DNA of 64,000 bases, taken from positions 1 to 64,000 of the IMG/VR virus record IMGVR_UViG_3300037067_027643. The stretch is one strand, 5' to 3'. The notes beneath the pieces were generated by a model. That model ran no database searches, was not told the origin of the DNA, and worked only from the letters and a program-made list of their open reading frames with translations. This document shows positions 1 through 10,268 of this stretch, piece by piece. The DNA is from a virus. Its lineage: Duplodnaviria; Caudoviricetes. Each line of letters begins with the position of its first letter. The stretch's first letter is position 1. The translations under genes were made by a program, and so were the position numbers.

Positions 1-723
1 CTTTTCATTTATAAATGATTTGATTTCTTCTATACGCCATTTAGCATATTTTGTAGGGAAAAATATATCAGTTACAAGAATTTTACTAGTTTTGTTCTGA
101 TTTAAAGTTTTTTTTTGAATGATAAAACAATTTCCAGCTATAGGTTCATCTGGTCTAGCTTTTAAATCATTTCTAATACTTCCAATAATATTATAATTAT
201 CAAAATGGTTATTTATTAAATAAGTAACAGCTGGATGAACTCCCGGAGTACCAACATCATTATAATCATCAAACATAATAAACCCACCTGGATTAACTAA
301 ATGTTCGTACATCATAAAATCATCTATACATCCTTGATATGAATGATCCCCATCGATAAACAATATGTCAATACTATCTATCTTACTTTTTAATGCATTA
401 ATAGTAGATTGCTTATGTGAATCTCCACAGATATAATCATACTGATTTTTATTTGTATAGGGAGCTACGTTCTGTCTTACTTTTTCTTCTGGAATAGGAT
501 TACCAATATCAATAGATATTACCTTTGTATTTGGACGTTGTAGCATTAAACAAGCAGAAACACCAGCATAACAACCAATTTCTACATAGGTTAATTTTTC
601 TTTACTTTTATATTCTTGTGTAGCAATGTCATAAAGTACATGAAAATGATGATGAAATGTATCAACTTTTTCTGATATATCTCTTACTATGTCTAATGAT
701 TTCTGTGTTGCTTTAAATGTCAT
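1..723 (-). CDS. Class I SAM methyltransferase (Methyltransf_24-like), probably fused to a further domain; runs off the window start
   Basis: Manual translation from ATG at 723 gives VEIGCYAGVS, IDILFIDGDHSYQG, LVNPGGFIMFDDY; frame stays open to position 1; absent from the ORF track. Confidence 0.75.
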   Translation of the reverse strand, partial: MTFKATQKSLDIVRDISEKVDTFHHHFHVLYDIATQEYKSKEKLTYVEIGCYAGVSACLMLQRPNTKVISIDIGNPIPEEKVRQNVAPYTNKNQYDYICGDSHKQSTINALKSKIDSIDILFIDGDHSYQGCIDDFMMYEHLVNPGGFIMFDDYNDVGTPGVHPAVTYLINNHFDNYNIIGSIRNDLKARPDEPIAGNCFIIQKKTLNQNKTSKILVTDIFFPTKYAKWRIEEIKSFINEK

Positions 724-731
724 ATCTTATC

Positions 732-1361
732 TTATTGTAAAAATATTGGAAATTGTGAGAGATCTGGATAGGGTAAAGTTAAATCTTCATTATGTTTTGG
801 ATTTCCCTGTAAATCGTAAAACTGATTCATTAATAGTAATCCTCTAGCCGATTTTTCTGGTTCGATATAAAAATTCCATCCGATCATATCTAAGTTGTCT
901 GTCATATATGGACATTCCCTTCTACCAGAATATCTAGCACGTTTGAACCATTGATATGCAGTATAATCATCCGTTAAAATTGCTCCACCTTTACTAAGTT
1001 TAAAATGTTTGTAAGGTCCGGTAAAACTGATACACATAAAGGTATTTGGAATATACATATTACAAGTAAATCTCAAAGCACTATCCCAAGTTCTACTACC
1101 TTCTAAATTATAAGCTCCTGTTAATGTATTACTTTCTACTATTCTAAAAGCTACTTTACCTCCAGCATGTATAATTTCACAAGGAACTGATGGATATGTT
1201 CTATTAGGAATAGTAATTGTTTTACCTTTAATGTTTTCATAGTAAAGAGATAGAAACAAAGCGTTACTCATATTATCAAGTGCCACAACATATTTAGCTC
1301 CTGTATATTTAGCTAAAGCTTCTTCAAAATCTTCGGTTATCTTATATATTCCTGTTGCCAT
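732..1361 (-). CDS. Short DegT/DnrJ/EryC1/StrS-family PLP sugar aminotransferase-like protein
   Basis: FEEALAKYTGAKYVVALDNMSNAL, DSA and SFTGPYK..KGGAILTDD motifs; only 209 aa. Confidence 0.75.
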   Translation of the reverse strand: MATGIYKITEDFEEALAKYTGAKYVVALDNMSNALFLSLYYENIKGKTITIPNRTYPSVPCEIIHAGGKVAFRIVESNTLTGAYNLEGSRTWDSALRFTCNMYIPNTFMCISFTGPYKHFKLSKGGAILTDDYTAYQWFKRARYSGRRECPYMTDNLDMIGWNFYIEPEKSARGLLLMNQFYDLQGNPKHNEDLTLPYPDLSQFPIFLQ

Positions 1362-1523
1362 TATTATAATCCTAATTTATTTGTCCATCGTTCAAACCAT
1401 TTGAATTTATCTATATCAAATCCTCCTTTACCTTTAAAAAACCATAAAATTGCACTTCCTATTAAAAAAAGAAAATATGTAATAAACCAAAAAATAACTG
1501 TTAATCTAAATAGTATTTTCATA

Positions 1524-2393
1524 TTATAACGCTTTTATAAAATTAATAAACTCTTGTAATGATTCTTCTTTATACTTTTTATATGTATTATCTTCCCTCT
1601 TATCGTTTGTATTAGTTCTTTTTAATTCGTGTGAATAATTATGACCCTTTAGAATATTACTAATATGATATTGCTTTATTCCATGTTTATCAAATACTCT
1701 TTCAGTACAGGTATCTTCATGTGCAAAATGCATATTTTCTGGAATAAACGGAAAATCTACTCCTCCACTAATTGCTAATAAAGCACCGTCTATTTTAAGT
1801 GGATGTATTTCATTAATCCTTAGTTTTTTAACAGCATTTAAACCGTCTAATTCTTCTTGTGTAATAGTATGACCGCACCAAAATGGATAAGGAACACATA
1901 ATTCATCATTTGCGAACCCTTGTACTCCTTCATATTCTACTGGTTTCCAACTTGTATCCCACATCTTTCTTGATGAAATTGTAACAATATGTGGAATAGT
2001 AAGATTTTGTCTTGTAAACTGTTCTAAAATTACAAAGTAATTAAAAGGTAATAAACAGTCCGATTCTAGCCAAATATTGTACATAGCAAATTTATCATAA
2101 TTATCTCTTCTCCAATCAGCTATGTTATAAAAGGGATTATCATCTGTTTTATAAGTAATATTAGCATTTGGTAAAAATCTAAGAACGGTATCTCTAATAT
2201 AATCTACATCGATTGGTTTAATAGGAGATTCAATATATACCTGCAAATTAATACAAATATTATATCGAATCTCTATTACATCTCTTACATTGTCCTCTGC
2301 TCTTTTAATTGAAAATAATGTTTCTGCTATCATTTCTGATTCATACCACATAATGTGCAAATTTGCAGAAAAGTATCTCTTTAACTCTACCAC
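1524..2393 (-). CDS. Putative GT-A fold glycosyltransferase
   Basis: WLESDCLL (DxD-like) and HEDT motifs; located among glycan genes. Confidence 0.5.
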   Translation of the reverse strand: MVELKRYFSANLHIMWYESEMIAETLFSIKRAEDNVRDVIEIRYNICINLQVYIESPIKPIDVDYIRDTVLRFLPNANITYKTDDNPFYNIADWRRDNYDKFAMYNIWLESDCLLPFNYFVILEQFTRQNLTIPHIVTISSRKMWDTSWKPVEYEGVQGFANDELCVPYPFWCGHTITQEELDGLNAVKKLRINEIHPLKIDGALLAISGGVDFPFIPENMHFAHEDTCTERVFDKHGIKQYHISNILKGHNYSHELKRTNTNDKREDNTYKKYKEESLQEFINFIKAL

Positions 2394-2403
2394 TATCAGT
2401 TAT

Positions 2404-2838
2404 TTAGAAGTGAACGCCTCCGTCATGTCTTGTAGTATGATTAAATGTTATTGCCTTACCAACAGTAGTATCAGCTGATCCAGTAAATATTGGTGGAGGA
2501 GGAACAAGTGGACTTGTTGGTTCTGAATCTTCATCACTGTCCATTGTAAATGAACCTTTGCTAATTTCTTGTGTAAGATTTAAATGATAATCTTCAAATT
2601 GTTCATTAATAGGTTCTTCTTCTGTTTCTGTAAAATTTTCAATATTATTATCAACCACTTTTTCATTTAACTCTTCTACTTTATCATCGCGTTTTGGTGT
2701 AGTATCCTCGATTACTTCTTTTAAAGTTTGTGGTTCTACATATTCTTTTTCAGAAATTGTATTAATTATTACTTTTTTATCTTTTTTTGGTTTGGTATCA
2801 AGTAATGGAACACCAGGATTAATTTTTTTGTTTGCCAT
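2404..2838 (-). CDS. Hypothetical acidic low-complexity protein
   Basis: ORF fits the minus-strand gene tiling. Confidence 0.5.
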   Translation of the reverse strand: MANKKINPGVPLLDTKPKKDKKVIINTISEKEYVEPQTLKEVIEDTTPKRDDKVEELNEKVVDNNIENFTETEEEPINEQFEDYHLNLTQEISKGSFTMDSDEDSEPTSPLVPPPPIFTGSADTTVGKAITFNHTTRHDGGVHF

Positions 2839-2858
2839 GTTATTTTATTTTAAATTTA

Positions 2859-3077
2859 TTATTCATTGTATATTAAGAATTTTTTTGATAATAGTTCATC
2901 TTGACTTGGAGTCCATGGTACAACAGTGCCATCGTATTTATGTTGTACTAATAAATCAAGTTCTGTTGGTATCTTTGTTACATACTGGTCTTGTCTCCAA
3001 GTTAAATATGTAATTTTTTTACCTTCTTTTAAAGCTTTAACAGCTTCTCCGATTTCCATGTAATGTAATTGTGACAT
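2859..3077 (-). CDS. DUF2829 / Tad2-like (Thoeris anti-defence 2) protein
   Basis: MEIGEAVKALKEGKKI...W...VPWTPSQDELLS matches the DUF2829 pattern. Confidence 0.7.
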   Translation of the reverse strand: MSQLHYMEIGEAVKALKEGKKITYLTWRQDQYVTKIPTELDLLVQHKYDGTVVPWTPSQDELLSKKFLIYNE

Positions 3078-3120
3078 AATTATTGTTTTTAATTGTTTAT
3101 AAATAGTTTTTATTTTATTT

Positions 3121-3891
3121 TTAATTTATTTGAGTGTAAAAATCATTCTGTTTTCTTTGTCTTTCAATTGATTTAATGTGAGTTAAACAAAATAAATCAT
3201 CTGTTGGTAATTGTGTATGTGTTTCATATCCACTAAGTGTTTCATGTACTTTATTTTTCCATTTTATTTCTGGTTTATTCTTAAAAAGTCTTTTTTGATT
3301 ATCAGGAAAATTAATAACAGGAATTGAATATGTTATTTCATCATAAAATGCATTTATTATTAAATTATAAACTTTCAATAACTCTAATTCTTTTGGATAT
3401 AAATTATTAATATTATCTGTTACTATATATTTATCATGCTTACTAATATGCCAACCCCATCTAACTACATCATCTAATTCTAAATGTTTAACTATATTAA
3501 TTCTTGGAACATCAAATACATCAACATTTAAATTAGCTTCTAACATAGTAGGTAAATAATCGATAAACTCTTTACTAATCATCTCGTCACTATCAATTTG
3601 GAATATATAGTCACCATTACACAAACAATTTAAATAATTTCTTTGTTGTGAAAAATCCTTATTTAATGATTGTGAATAATAATGTATTAAATATGTTACA
3701 CCATTATCATAGGATTTTCTAATATATTTATCTATTACATCATTTACTTCTTTTGAGGTATTATCTTTATCGGTAACTATTACTATTTCATTATCTGTAT
3801 TAATAATACAATTAGTAAGATGTTCTAATAATGTATCAAGTTCTATATATTCATTACAGGCTAAAATTCCAAAACTGATAGTTGGTTTCAT
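3121..3891 (-). CDS. Glycosyltransferase family 2
   Basis: ISFGILACNE, DFSQQRN, YIFQIDSDE, W.NKVHE motifs. Confidence 0.8.
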   Translation of the reverse strand: MKPTISFGILACNEYIELDTLLEHLTNCIINTDNEIVIVTDKDNTSKEVNDVIDKYIRKSYDNGVTYLIHYYSQSLNKDFSQQRNYLNCLCNGDYIFQIDSDEMISKEFIDYLPTMLEANLNVDVFDVPRINIVKHLELDDVVRWGWHISKHDKYIVTDNINNLYPKELELLKVYNLIINAFYDEITYSIPVINFPDNQKRLFKNKPEIKWKNKVHETLSGYETHTQLPTDDLFCLTHIKSIERQRKQNDFYTQIN

Positions 3892-3903
3892 ATTATTAAA
3901 TTT

Positions 3904-4314
3904 TTATGTTAATATACAATCAAAAGGTTGAACAATTAAACTTATTTCGTTTCTATCATCAATGTATATATTATGTTCTCCAAAATCAACAGATACATCT
4001 TTTACTTGAATCAACCAATTTTCTATTTCATTTTCTTTTGATTTATCTAATGTAATTATATTGAATTCAAATGAATATCCTTTATCCGTTTCTAATATTC
4101 TAGAAGATTTTTGTAATTCATATATAATTTTAGATATACATGGTTTTATTACACCATAAAATGTTATTTGTATAGGTTCCCATTCTTCTGATATTATTTT
4201 TGGTTTATCTATTTCAATAACATATTCATTTAATATTTGAAATTCTTCTGGAAATTTAACTTCAAATAAATTTCTTTTTTCATACTGTATTATTTCTTGT
4301 AGTTTCTGTTTCAT
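3904..4314 (-). CDS. Degenerate T4 gp19-like tail tube paralogue
   Basis: KRNLFEVKFP...WEPIQITF...IENW...VDFGE...ISLIVQPFDCIL resembles myovirus tube proteins. Confidence 0.5.
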   Translation of the reverse strand: MKQKLQEIIQYEKRNLFEVKFPEEFQILNEYVIEIDKPKIISEEWEPIQITFYGVIKPCISKIIYELQKSSRILETDKGYSFEFNIITLDKSKENEIENWLIQVKDVSVDFGEHNIYIDDRNEISLIVQPFDCILT

Positions 4315-4326
4315 ATTTTTAAATTT

Positions 4327-4872
4327 TTAAATTTGTTCCTTTCTAAATAAAGCACTATCAATGTCTTCATATTCTACTTCACAACAATCCCATGCTCTAC
4401 AATGTGGACATCCGGTATTTGTATAAGCAAAACATTCATCATCGTCATTATCTAATTCTAAAAGTTTATCACTTTTAAACGTTTGCCCACATTCCTCACA
4501 AATCAAATCGACTATCTCATAACTATAATTATATTTTGAAATAGGAAGATGATCAAATGTTTGATAATTATATTTTTGAGTTATAGAAATTTCTTTACAA
4601 TTTCCATTTTCCTTCTCTTTCATTAATCTATCTACCAAACTCGGATCTAAAATTAAAGCACTAAATTGACATTCATCTTTTTTACTATAATCTAAGTTAT
4701 AAGATTGATTTGTTATATAACAATTTTCTCTATCTTTTAAATAATCAAACGGCTCGCTTCCAATTACATCAATAGTTATTTCTGTATTTGTAGGAATACG
4801 AGTTTGTGTCTGTCCATGTTTTGGATTTAATTTTATAGAATCTAAATCTATTTTAATTAATGTAGTTGTCAT
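4327..4872 (-). CDS. Hypothetical protein with C-terminal Zn ribbon
   Basis: CEEC...CPHC. Confidence 0.5.
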   Translation of the reverse strand: MTTTLIKIDLDSIKLNPKHGQTQTRIPTNTEITIDVIGSEPFDYLKDRENCYITNQSYNLDYSKKDECQFSALILDPSLVDRLMKEKENGNCKEISITQKYNYQTFDHLPISKYNYSYEIVDLICEECGQTFKSDKLLELDNDDDECFAYTNTGCPHCRAWDCCEVEYEDIDSALFRKEQI

Positions 4873-4891
4873 AATTTTAATCTTTTATTTA

Positions 4892-5392
4892 TTAATCTTT
4901 GATTTCTATTTCGTCATCGTTGACAATAGGAATATTACTTGGAAAAGAATAATCAAATGCCATTGCTGTTTTTACATTTTTTAAAGTAAAAGTTCTATAA
5001 GCGTTATTTAATTTAGTACCAAGTATTCTTTTTATTTCTTGATTATAGAATTGTTGACTACCCATGTCAATAAACATCTTTGAAAACTTTACTCGTTTTA
5101 CTTTTGCTAATCTTTTGGAATATACCAATCCATTAGGCTTAACAAGTTCCAACAATCTTTGAGGACTTATTATGTTGAGTTTCAAGGCGTGAGTTTTCCC
5201 TTTAAAATTAGGGTGTAGGATTAGACATATATATCTACCTAAAACATTTTTATCATCAACTTTTTTCATGTAATATATCTCACATATCATTCCCTTTTCA
5301 AGGTAGTAAGGACTAATTGGTAATCTATCTTTAACCTTACCAGCATGATTAGCTAAGTAATTCAATTCAACTGTTGGTTTCTTTGTTGCCAT
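4892..5392 (-). CDS. Basic phage protein, possibly related to T4 gp2 DNA end protector
   Basis: Weak motif resemblance (HALKLN..P...AYRTF). Confidence 0.3.
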   Translation of the reverse strand: MATKKPTVELNYLANHAGKVKDRLPISPYYLEKGMICEIYYMKKVDDKNVLGRYICLILHPNFKGKTHALKLNIISPQRLLELVKPNGLVYSKRLAKVKRVKFSKMFIDMGSQQFYNQEIKRILGTKLNNAYRTFTLKNVKTAMAFDYSFPSNIPIVNDDEIEIKD

Positions 5393-5672
5393 TTTATATA
5401 TTATCCTCTATTGGTTTAGAATTTAAAAATTTAATAAAATCTTTTTTTAATTGTTTTGCTAATAATTTATAACATTTCTTTTCTGATGCTTTTGACAATA
5501 AATTTTGAGGGATTTCCACACACCAATTAAATTTAATTTCTTTTACTGGTAAATTATTAACAACTGTAGTATTTTTACCTAATTCAAATTCATAATTACC
5601 TATAACGCAAGGTGTCACACCATCAAATTTTAAATCAATTTTTGCTGTTTTCATAATTTTAATTTTTATATT

Positions 5673-6155
5673 TTAACTTTCTCTATTCAAATTAATTCCT
5701 AATTCTTCACAAGCTAAATAAAACTCATTCTGTTTAAATCTAATCAAATTTTCAACATCTATTTTACTTTCATAGTATTTACCAGGTTGATTTGGTATTT
5801 CATATTTCACTCTTTCAAATATTGGTATAACAACCATCTTACCAACAGTCCATTGCCAATCATTTCGATTAGTTCCATCAATAAATATAATTCCTTTTTG
5901 ATTATTTATATATAATGGATACCAATAGCAATTTAATTGTTCATCTTTATATTTGCTTTCTATAAATAGTTTAGGTAAAGTTTTTTCATATTGTTCTACT
6001 GTTTCACTATCTACTTTATATAAATTACTATCTGTGACAAACCCACATGTAAGACACATTATTTCAAGTGAATTGGTTTCTTTATTTTCTTCAACAAAAA
6101 GTCTTTCTGATGTTCCACAGATGGGACAGATATTAGTTTTTTCTTTTTCTTCCAT
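5673..6155 (-). CDS. Zn-ribbon hypothetical protein
   Basis: CPIC...CLTC. Confidence 0.5.
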   Translation of the reverse strand: MEEKEKTNICPICGTSERLFVEENKETNSLEIMCLTCGFVTDSNLYKVDSETVEQYEKTLPKLFIESKYKDEQLNCYWYPLYINNQKGIIFIDGTNRNDWQWTVGKMVVIPIFERVKYEIPNQPGKYYESKIDVENLIRFKQNEFYLACEELGINLNRES

Positions 6156-6345
6156 TATTTTAATTATTTCTTTTTTCTATTCTCTATTAAACTATTACAA
6201 TAATTATAATATTCTCTAAGTTCTTTACCTAATTCAGTATCATTAGAAAATTTATTAACTAATTCAATAATATATATTTTATCTATTAATTTTGTTAATT
6301 CTACAATATTTGGTCTGACAATTTTATTCATAATTTTTATTTTAT

Positions 6346-7671
6346 TTATTTTTCAAATTTTGGTAATGTAAGTAAATCAGGAAGTACAATCTCAATAGGC
6401 ATTGAAAACTTTGGAAGATACTTATCAAGTATATCTTTTAACCGTTCAGTCATCTTGCTATGGGTAAACTGTTTAATATGGTTAGCCTGTCCAAAACTTC
6501 TGCTTAGATGTTCATTATAGTTCTTCCAAACATCTCTTAAAGTATTCTTAGCTACATTTTGATCTACATAAAACCAAGAGCTTTCTGGAATTAATACATT
6601 CTCCCAAACAGCAGATGGATGTATTTTTTGAAGTTGTCCTGGTAGTAATATAGTATGGTTAGGATTTAAGAAATCTAAATGTCCACTCCATCCACTTACA
6701 ATAATAGGCTTTCCAGTAACAGAAAACTCTGCAAACGTTCTGCTATAACCTTCTCCTTTGCAAAAGCTTACCATAGCTTTGACTTTAGGATGATTGTATA
6801 ATTGGTTCATCTCTTCGTCTGTCAAACTGCCATGTAATAAATATACATTTGGAAGCTTATTATCTGCTACATTTAATTGTTGTCTTACAATATCTCTAAT
6901 ATTATTAATCTTATTTAAAATCTGTTCTCTGTCAATCATACTAAAGGTGCCCCCCGATGTCTTTAGAATAAGTGATGGAGCATTACCGATTCCAACGAAT
7001 GTTTCTAGGAAACATTTTATTAGTGTTGCAACATCCTTTCTATCATGTCCAAAATCCCCGCCAGTCCAGTGAGACACGAAGAGATAGTTGAACTTTGACT
7101 TGATTTTACTCATCTCTTGTTCTACTAGTTCGCTACATTCATTGGTTCTCTTGTATATATCGTCTTGTATTCCTTCAAACAATATTTCAACAGGTTTTTC
7201 ACATTTTAATACTCCTTCTATCATCCTTGTTTGATTGTTCATTTTATTCCAAGAAGAATTTAAAAATACATCTCTTCCATGTTTACTTGATACAATCGTT
7301 AAATCCATACGATTTACGCCCTCTAACCAGACAGCAGATGCTACGGATGTCTCTATAGATGCGGTCAAACCAATATTGAATTTTCCTAATCGTTCAAATT
7401 CCATTGGTGTTGCACATTGTATAAATAACTCTGGTTGTTTAGTTAAATTAGTTTTAATAAAGTGATCAAGTAATATCTTATGTTCTGGATTATCTATACT
7501 TAATGCATTTTGTGGTGTTTCTCCCCATCTAGTTGGTATAATAATTATTTCCCATTCTTTTTCATCTAGTACATTATTAATTAAACTAAGAGCAAAGTCT
7601 GCGCTGCGCTTACCGTAGCCACTGATTGTATTACATGGAAATTTAAGAAGACACGTTTTTTTATTTGACAT
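6346..7671 (-). CDS. GT-B (GT4-like) glycosyltransferase
   Basis: SGYG, RKDV, KGEGYSRTFAEF..TGKPII.SGWSGHLDF. Confidence 0.85.
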   Translation of the reverse strand: MSNKKTCLLKFPCNTISGYGKRSADFALSLINNVLDEKEWEIIIIPTRWGETPQNALSIDNPEHKILLDHFIKTNLTKQPELFIQCATPMEFERLGKFNIGLTASIETSVASAVWLEGVNRMDLTIVSSKHGRDVFLNSSWNKMNNQTRMIEGVLKCEKPVEILFEGIQDDIYKRTNECSELVEQEMSKIKSKFNYLFVSHWTGGDFGHDRKDVATLIKCFLETFVGIGNAPSLILKTSGGTFSMIDREQILNKINNIRDIVRQQLNVADNKLPNVYLLHGSLTDEEMNQLYNHPKVKAMVSFCKGEGYSRTFAEFSVTGKPIIVSGWSGHLDFLNPNHTILLPGQLQKIHPSAVWENVLIPESSWFYVDQNVAKNTLRDVWKNYNEHLSRSFGQANHIKQFTHSKMTERLKDILDKYLPKFSMPIEIVLPDLLTLPKFEK

Positions 7672-8350
7672 ATTTTATTCTTTAATTTTATTCTCTATCA
7701 ATTGTAATAAATTATCACTGTCACTATTATTTTTAAAATAAAAATCACCACTATCCATTATTCTTTTTATATCAAATCTAACATCATCAAATACAAGATG
7801 AGTAAAATCATCATTCATTGGCTGAATCGAAAAGACAAATTGTATATCTACATTAAATCGTTTTAAAGCTATTGGTTTAAGTTCATTAAACTGTTTTGTA
7901 ACCAATGTATCTAAATTATTTAAATAAGCATTAATATCAACTGTATCATCATCTAAATATATATTAGCTATATTGATAAATAAATAGAACTGTAATATCT
8001 TTGTAGGAATATTAATAGATGGAACAGTAGTAGTAGTTGATGTATTTGATTCTTGTTCTTCTACAATAGGTTCTTTTTTCTTTTTAGTCATTTATTAAAA
8101 TACTTTTATATTATGATGTTTTTTGCATTTTGGATTTGTACATTCTTCATAAGAAAAATTAGTTCCGTAGGGAAATGTATTAAGTTCGGTTTTTTGTACG
8201 GTATGTTCACAGTTACAAATAAATGTACCATTCTTCATATAGTCTAAAATATCATGTATAATATTTTGTCTATTTTCCTGTCCGATACTGTACTTATTTA
8301 ATATTTCTTTTAGAACCTTCTTCTTTAATTTATGTTTCATTATTTTTATT

Positions 8351-8363
8351 TTAATATACAAAA
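8351..8363 (-). promoter_or_regulatory. Repeated phage promoter motif TTTTGTATATTAA, copy 1 of 10
   Basis: Identical 13-mer found upstream of minus-strand genes at 10 sites. Confidence 0.7.
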
Positions 8364-8968
8364 TTATTTTTAAATTACAAAGTTTTAATTGTTTTTGTAA
8401 TTAATTTCTCTTATCATTACACCAACTAATCCAACGGCTAAAAATCTTGATACTTTAGTCCATTCTTGATAATGTTTTAACTTAATGTATTGTTTAACTT
8501 CAACAATATCATATAAATAGTTCTTATTCATTATTCAAGTTTAAACAACTTATATAATATCCCTCTATCAATATATTTAGCTAAATGAGCAGCAGTTATA
8601 TCTGGATATTTTTCTAATGTACCTTCTTGTAGACAAAATTCATAAGACTCTTTATCAAACTGAGATAGTTCATCATCTGTCATTTTATTCATCCATTCCT
8701 CATTAAAATCATTTCTAATGATTGGTTTTTTAATTAATTCCAATACTGATAGTGTATATTCCATAATTATTTGTCATTTATTTTATGTATTAACTCAGCT
8801 CCCAATGTTTTCAAACTTTCATTTAATTCTTTGGTTCTAGTTTAAAAGACTGTGGGTAGACTGTTTAATTTATTCATTGTTAATTAGTTATAATTATTAA
8901 AAATAATTGTTTGTATTTTAATTTTATTATATAATTTTGATATAATGTTATAATTTATTTATAAATTT

Positions 8969-9436
8969 ATGTCATATACATTTAAAACATCAATAAAACT
9001 TGATAAAATACTAAAAATTTTATTTAATAAAAAATTATTACAATCATATCAAGTATCATCAAAAGATTTTATTTCTGATTTTTTAAAACAAAAACATAAT
9101 ATCGATTGGGATGACCCAAAAATAACATATTTATTAAATCTTTTACAAAATGATGGTTATATAATTGTTTCAAATGTAATAAACTTAGTAAATTATTATT
9201 CATTAACAGCAAAAGGAATAAACATTAAACAACATGGTGGTTTTACAGTATTATGTATTAAACAAAACATAAAAGAAAATATTAGAACTTACGCTGCACT
9301 TGTTGCTTTAATTACTTTTATAATAATTTCTATACCAACTTGTATTCAAAAATATTCAGCTAATAATACCATAAACAAACAACCTATATCATATAAAGCA
9401 CATACAAATACAATACCAGCAAGAAAACTACGATAA
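8969..9436 (+). CDS. Lone plus-strand membrane protein (wHTH-like N-terminus plus TM helix)
   Basis: Fills a gap in minus-strand coding; LLQNDGYI...YSLTAKG followed by a hydrophobic stretch; TATAAT boxes upstream. Confidence 0.55.
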   Translation: MSYTFKTSIKLDKILKILFNKKLLQSYQVSSKDFISDFLKQKHNIDWDDPKITYLLNLLQNDGYIIVSNVINLVNYYSLTAKGINIKQHGGFTVLCIKQNIKENIRTYAALVALITFIIISIPTCIQKYSANNTINKQPISYKAHTNTIPARKLR

Positions 9437-9870
9437 TCAAAATATAATTTTTCTTGTTTTTTATTAAATAAACGTCCTTTCCAGCCACATGACCAAAATA
9501 ATGTCCATTCATCGCCCTCGTCTTTTAAATCAAAAATATTCATAATCTTAATTGTTTATAATTATTTATTTATTATTTTTATTCCACCCACAGTCTTTTA
9601 AACTAGAACCAATTCTTTAAGTTCTTTAAGTTCTTTTACAACTTCTTGACCATCAATAATTTCATATTTTGGATAAACACATTCAATTCTAGTATCTTGA
9701 TTTTTAACTGGAACTGTAAACCATTTAACTTCAATATTATTAAATTTATTTTTATGCAATTCAAATGTTATTTTTTCCATTACAAAATCAACTTCAGTTG
9801 GTGGGATATTATTGATATTTATGTAAGCTGCTAAAATAATTTCTTTTTTCATAATTTTAATTTTTTAAAA

Positions 9871-10039
9871 ATAAAAGCAAATAACTTGAAATTTTTACAT
9901 ATCCATTATACAACCTATAATCAATAGGAACGATTGACCCTTCAAGTTAGGTGTTGACTTTTGATATAATAAATCTCTATTATATCTTTATCACAAAGTA
10001 GGTGATTAATCTACACTCTTTAGTATTATTTGCTTTTAT
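9871..10039. ncRNA. Candidate structured non-coding element
   Basis: Perfect 14-bp closing inverted repeat (9871-9884/10026-10039) enclosing several internal hairpins; no ORF. Confidence 0.45.
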
Positions 10040-10268
10040 ATCGCATTTTCTTTTATATATTTAGCAATATCACTGGGGTTTATTTCATAAGAATTACTAC
10101 TAAATTCATCTTGATATTTTGGTTCACATATTAATGATGGATTAACTCTACATAGTAATATTTTATTTTCATAAATTCTAACTTCATCAACATTATTATA
10201 TTGATTTTTTGAAAATACATAGAAAAATTCTCTATTATTAATATGTACAATTCTTGTTTTCTTATTCA

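Noticed and set aside
108-116. T9 homopolymer as a possible frameshift or phase-variation site
   Set aside because: The reading frame is open through it and A/T runs are common in this sequence
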